Positions 60,639-64,000 of a stretch of DNA of 64,000 bases are shown one piece after another. Location: positions 10,771 through 74,770 of the IMG/VR virus record IMGVR_UViG_3300049060_000085; one strand, given 5' to 3'. Made by a program: the position numbers and the translations under genes. The stretch's first letter is position 1. Every line of letters begins with the position of its first letter. The notes below the pieces were generated by a model. That model did not search any database. It was not told the DNA's origin and saw only the letters and a list, made by a program, of their open reading frames with translations. This stretch comes from a virus.

Positions 60639-61571
60639 TTATTCGCGCGGCGTGTGGACAATCGGAAGTCCGCGACCCACGCTCGGCCGTGCGAGATGCG
60701 GATTGCGGCTCATCCAATCCTGGACGAACCACAGCTGTCCGCATCCACCCCCGATGTCGTCTTGGCCTGCGGGGTCGAAGCAGCGGGTGCTGTAGCCGCG
60801 CGCGGTGAGTTTGGCCATGAAGCTTTGCGCGAGCTCACGCTGACGCGCGTTCGCCGCCGCGACATGCTCATCGCGCTCGCACACCACGCTGATGGTGGCC
60901 TGCCAGACCTCTGGGCTGAAGTACGTCTCCAGCATGTCCGCGTCGCCATCGGCGCTGTTTTTGTCGTGCGCGCAGTAGTTGAAGAACGGTTGCCGGCCCG
61001 TGGCTTCAGCCCAGCGCTCGCCCTCGTCTGCGATCTGACGAAGCGTCATCTTGTTCTTGAACGGGATGAGCACGTCGCGCTTGTCGTTGGTGGTTTCGTG
61101 CACCGAAAACTGCAGCCCGATCGTCGGGATGTCTTGTGACAAACCACGCAACTCTTCGAACGCTTTGGGTACGAGTGGTCCGGTCGTGCTGATGAGCAAC
61201 GCCGCGCGCGGGAAGATGTCGCCAAGGCGCAACAACGTTTCCTTGAGTGAGGCCCAGTTCAACATCGGCTCGCCCATCGACATGAACATGATTTGCCAGC
61301 GCTTGATGGTCTCAGGGTCGATGAATCGATCGGCGAGCATGTACACGACCTGCTCACAGATTTCGTCGGCGCCGAGGCTGCGCACGAAGTTGTCGCCCGC
61401 GCCGCAGAACCGACAGCCCACCGGGCAGCCGCTTTGCGTGCTCACGCACATCACCGTGCGCTCTTCGTAGGTGGGGTATTTGTAGAGCACGCTCTCCGCT
61501 ACGGCGTTGCCGAAGTCGTAGACGTACTTGCTCACGTTGGTGTCTGAAGAATCAATACGCTGCACATGCAT
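60639..61571 (-). CDS. RlmN/Cfr-family radical SAM methyltransferase (N-terminally short form)
   Basis: MCVSTQSGCPVGCRFC (CxxxCxxC plus C118 equivalent), FMSMGEP, QFSVH, DIGGGCGQL (C355 equivalent). Confidence 0.92.
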   Translation of the reverse strand: MHVQRIDSSDTNVSKYVYDFGNAVAESVLYKYPTYEERTVMCVSTQSGCPVGCRFCGAGDNFVRSLGADEICEQVVYMLADRFIDPETIKRWQIMFMSMGEPMLNWASLKETLLRLGDIFPRAALLISTTGPLVPKAFEELRGLSQDIPTIGLQFSVHETTNDKRDVLIPFKNKMTLRQIADEGERWAEATGRQPFFNYCAHDKNSADGDADMLETYFSPEVWQATISVVCERDEHVAAANARQRELAQSFMAKLTARGYSTRCFDPAGQDDIGGGCGQLWFVQDWMSRNPHLARPSVGRGLPIVHTPRE

Positions 61572-61607
61572 GAAGTCGGTTCTTTCGTTGGTTTGGGCGT
61601 GACGGTC

Positions 61608-62228
61608 TCAGTCCATCGAATCGGTGACACCCATCGTCTGGATGCACTGCAAAGCCGTTTGGCGCACGTTGTTCCAGTCGAGCTTGCCCATGAGCCCGTG
61701 GTGGATAAACACGGGGTCGGTCGCGAGCTTGCAGATGTCGTTGAAGTCGAACTCGTCGCGCTGCATGCTCGTCAACATCGAGCCCAAACACATGCCGACC
61801 GCGCACGCGACCGCCGGCGAATCCCACGCCTTCATCACCACGTAGGCGCGAAACTCTTCGTCGGTCAGCGGTTCAACAGCCGCCCTGCTCTCTTCGTCGG
61901 GTTGCGCACTGCGCACGATGTTCCGCGCTGTGGCGATATCGTCCTGGAACAACGCTGCCAGAACAACTTTGGCAGCGGAGCTGCCACGTAATCTCACGCG
62001 GTCTTCCACACAAACGCGCAGGTTGGTATGCCAGCTTGCTTTCCACGCCTCCAATTGAGTGCGTATGCTTTCCAGGGTGGGGTGCGGGCTTGCTCGTTTC
62101 TTGGCCTCTTCGATCATCGCATCGACATCGAGCTCGCCTGCTAGCGCACGTACAAGCTCATCCTGTGTGAGTTCGAACTGCTCGACTTGAGTGGAGGCTG
62201 CCGCTTCTTGTTCTTTGGGGTTTGTCAT
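61608..62228 (-). CDS. hypothetical protein
   Basis: 206 aa, ATGA coupling. Confidence 0.75.
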   Translation of the reverse strand: MTNPKEQEAAASTQVEQFELTQDELVRALAGELDVDAMIEEAKKRASPHPTLESIRTQLEAWKASWHTNLRVCVEDRVRLRGSSAAKVVLAALFQDDIATARNIVRSAQPDEESRAAVEPLTDEEFRAYVVMKAWDSPAVACAVGMCLGSMLTSMQRDEFDFNDICKLATDPVFIHHGLMGKLDWNNVRQTALQCIQTMGVTDSMD

Positions 62229-62455
62229 ATCGAGAACACCAACTTTCCATCGACCTCGATGTCGTACCCGAGGTCCCAGTCGCGCACGAGCTCGTCGGCG
62301 CGGCGTGCGCACGACTTCATCACGGCGATCACGTCTTCAACGGTCGGATTTTCGGGCGCATCGCCATCCGGCCAGACTTCATCCACAGTCAAAACATGGT
62401 CACCGGTGACGGTAACGCATAAGGTCTTCGGCGGCTTGAGTTTGGGGTCGGTCAT
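62225..62455 (-). CDS. hypothetical protein
   Basis: ATGA coupling. Confidence 0.7.
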   Translation of the reverse strand: MTDPKLKPPKTLCVTVTGDHVLTVDEVWPDGDAPENPTVEDVIAVMKSCARRADELVRDWDLGYDIEVDGKLVFSI

Positions 62456-62595
62456 GGGGCTTTCTCGGAGCAGTGGCATTGACGGTCGCGGCTTGTGCCG
62501 AGCTTGTCGATCGCGCGCTCGGCAAGACCAAACACGCAGAGCACGAAGATGAAGACGATGAACGGATTCTCGTCGACGAATCGCCAGAAGTTCAC
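62452..62595 (-). CDS. 47-aa membrane protein
   Basis: GTGA coupling; FWRFVDENPFIVFIFVLCVFGL. Confidence 0.5.
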   Translation of the reverse strand: MNFWRFVDENPFIVFIFVLCVFGLAERAIDKLGTSRDRQCHCSEKAP

Positions 62596-62930
62596 AGATC
62601 TTTCCTCGGGGCGTCTGGGTCGATAAGGTGCTCACGGCACAGTCTTTTGACACGCTCGATTTCAGCGCGTGCGTCTTTGAGCTCCTGCTCTTTCTCGAAG
62701 TAACGGCGCAGCTCCATCAGCTCCTCGAACCACTTGGCTGTGAGCTTCGTGGTCTCTTCGGTGCCGTACACGGTGCCGAAGCTGGTCGCGAATCCGTACT
62801 TCAACCGTTCTCCGCCTTCGACGCTGGCGCGCGCGTAGCGCAACGCGGACAGCATTTGCGGTTCCACGCGGCTCAGGTCGCAGCTGATGATGAACGCGTC
62901 GAGGTGCTGCAGGATTTCTTCGTGGGTCAT
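62592..62930 (-). CDS. hypothetical protein
   Basis: ATGA coupling. Confidence 0.7.
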   Translation of the reverse strand: MTHEEILQHLDAFIISCDLSRVEPQMLSALRYARASVEGGERLKYGFATSFGTVYGTEETTKLTAKWFEELMELRRYFEKEQELKDARAEIERVKRLCREHLIDPDAPRKDL

Positions 62931-63151
62931 GGTGCCGGCTCCCAATCTTCGTCGCGTGCTTCACGTGCGCCAATGAGCAAGATTTTCTGCTCGCCGAGCT
63001 CAGGTGAAACGCGTGCGCCGATCTCCGATTTTAGCGTGGCCCAAGGCCCATAGCCGCCGTTCACGAGGTAGAGCTCGAGCACGTCGCCCGTAGCCCAATG
63101 CGGCTTGCGCAGTCGCGAGACGCCGGTCTTAGCTGCTTCCGAGATGTTCAT
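62927..63151 (-). CDS. hypothetical protein, weak Tad2/DUF2829-like outline
   Basis: MNISEAAK.G..RLRKPHW..LELYL..GPW..DEDWEP. Confidence 0.65.
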   Translation of the reverse strand: MNISEAAKTGVSRLRKPHWATGDVLELYLVNGGYGPWATLKSEIGARVSPELGEQKILLIGAREARDEDWEPAP

Positions 63152-63564
63152 TATATCTGTCCTTCGATACGGAAATCTGGGGTGGGATCGCCGTCGACGC
63201 AGTGCCACAGATGCAGGCAGTATTTGGCGATGTTGACGTGTTCGGACGCGCGCGGGAAGACCTGCACGGCCATGCGCTCGTCACCGATGAATGACCGCTT
63301 CACCCAGCACATGTCTTCGTAGCTGGGCACACGCGCAGGCCGCGAAAACGAGACGTGGACCCAGCGCTTGCCATCGGCATAAGCGCCGCCCGTGACGATG
63401 ACCATGAGCCGGTCGCTGATGTCGTGCGCGAGCTCCAGAAAGCGGTAGGGGACATACGGTTGCGCGCGTTTGATCCAGCCGATCGGCGTGACGTCCCAGC
63501 CGCCGAGCAGGAACCAGTCGGGCACTTCCGCGAGGTGGTCGCTCAGCTTCGCTTCTTGGGTCAT
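63151..63564 (-). CDS. conserved phage protein (WxHVS..PSY..YCLHLW family)
   Basis: RWVHVSFSR..RVPSYEDMCWVKRSFIGD..QVFP..HVNIAKYCLHLW. Confidence 0.8.
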   Translation of the reverse strand: MTQEAKLSDHLAEVPDWFLLGGWDVTPIGWIKRAQPYVPYRFLELAHDISDRLMVIVTGGAYADGKRWVHVSFSRPARVPSYEDMCWVKRSFIGDERMAVQVFPRASEHVNIAKYCLHLWHCVDGDPTPDFRIEGQI

Positions 63565-63827
63565 CGGCTCAACCCCAGCGCTTCAAGCTCTTCGTCGGTA
63601 AGCTTCGAAATGGCCTTTTTCTTGAGGCGTTCTTTGCGTTTGGCATCGGACTCTTTGTGCTGGTTCCACCACGCGTACAGCCCGGGAACGGTGCGCACTA
63701 CGCCCGATTTCATGTCGTCGCACAGTCCGCAAAGCTCGCAGAGCATGCGCGTCAGCTCGTTGCGCTCGGCGATGAGCTTCTTGAGCGTCCGCCGGTCTTC
63801 TTCGGTCGTATCTACGGTGCAGGGCAT
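63561..63827 (-). CDS. conserved phage hypothetical protein
   Basis: MPC..LCELC..AWWNQHKESD..ISKLTDEELEALGL. Confidence 0.8.
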   Translation of the reverse strand: MPCTVDTTEEDRRTLKKLIAERNELTRMLCELCGLCDDMKSGVVRTVPGLYAWWNQHKESDAKRKERLKKKAISKLTDEELEALGLSR

Positions 63828-64000
63828 TACCAAGTTCTCCTCTTTGATCGTCGACGTGCTCTAGCGGGAATTCTCTTCGGGCGTCTCGCCCACAGCGGAG
63901 GCAGCTCATCGTCATGAGGGACCGCCGGAAACACCGTGAGCACGTGCCCGAAAGGGCCGATCACCACGATAAACTCGCGCCCAAGCAGCTTCACGAGAAC
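63827..64000 (-). CDS. hypothetical protein, 3' part (enters from window end)
   Basis: open frame VLVKLLGREFIVVIG.. ending TAA overlapping the next ATG (TAATG). Confidence 0.55.
   Translation of the reverse strand, partial: VLVKLLGREFIVVIGPFGHVLTVFPAVPHDDELPPLWARRPKRIPARARRRSKRRTW

Larger units (their letters stand above)
1..64000. mobile_element. Tailed dsDNA bacteriophage (podovirus-type morphogenesis), near-complete genome, probable Myxococcota host
   Basis: TerL, portal, scaffold, capsid, adaptor/nozzle, ejection-type proteins, DnaB, SSB, endolysin and dense small ORFs; no tape-measure or sheath gene; no host housekeeping genes. Confidence 0.95.

Noticed and set aside
1-64000. Alternative genetic code (stop reassignment)
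   Set aside because: Large genes read through intact in code 11 and use TAA, TAG and TGA as coupled stops; no suppressor-anticodon tRNA found

Overview
The window holds most or all of a GC-rich tailed dsDNA phage genome of podovirus type; no host chromosomal genes are visible. The structural block on the - strand runs TerL (56759-58597), portal, scaffold, major capsid, tail adaptor and nozzle, three large ejection-type proteins and a LamG/repeat fibre. The replication block has a lambda-O-like initiator with an internal iteron origin, DnaB and a RusA-like gene. A recombination block carries an AAA_24/Sak4-like ATPase, Gp157 and SSB. About 70 small early/middle ORFs fill the rest. The SSB N-terminus (MAEGLNRV..GNLG.DPELR) and the HTH_17 protein resemble myxobacterial (Polyangiales) proteins as I recall them, so that host is an inference. 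No integrase, CI-S24 repressor, DNA polymerase, sigma factor or CRISPR array was seen. Most notable observations: (1) a complete LSD1/polyamine-oxidase-type flavin amine oxidase directly behind the M15 endolysin; (2) a CTCCGGGAT(G)AG motif 11-14 nt upstream of four late genes, whose exact antisense is displayed in a hairpin loop of a 440-nt structured leader of the capsid gene; (3) two RNA-methyltransferase genes (RlmN/Cfr-like radical SAM and SpoU/TrmH SPOUT) plus tRNA-Gln and tRNA-Asn; (4) two Gly/Met/Ser low-complexity proteins behind the capsid gene that share a ~55-aa C-terminal tag; (5) an Acb2/Tad1-like sponge candidate, a vWA+TerC moron, conserved gene-boundary linkers and a five-member paralog family. 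All family calls rest on motif recognition by eye; no searches were run.
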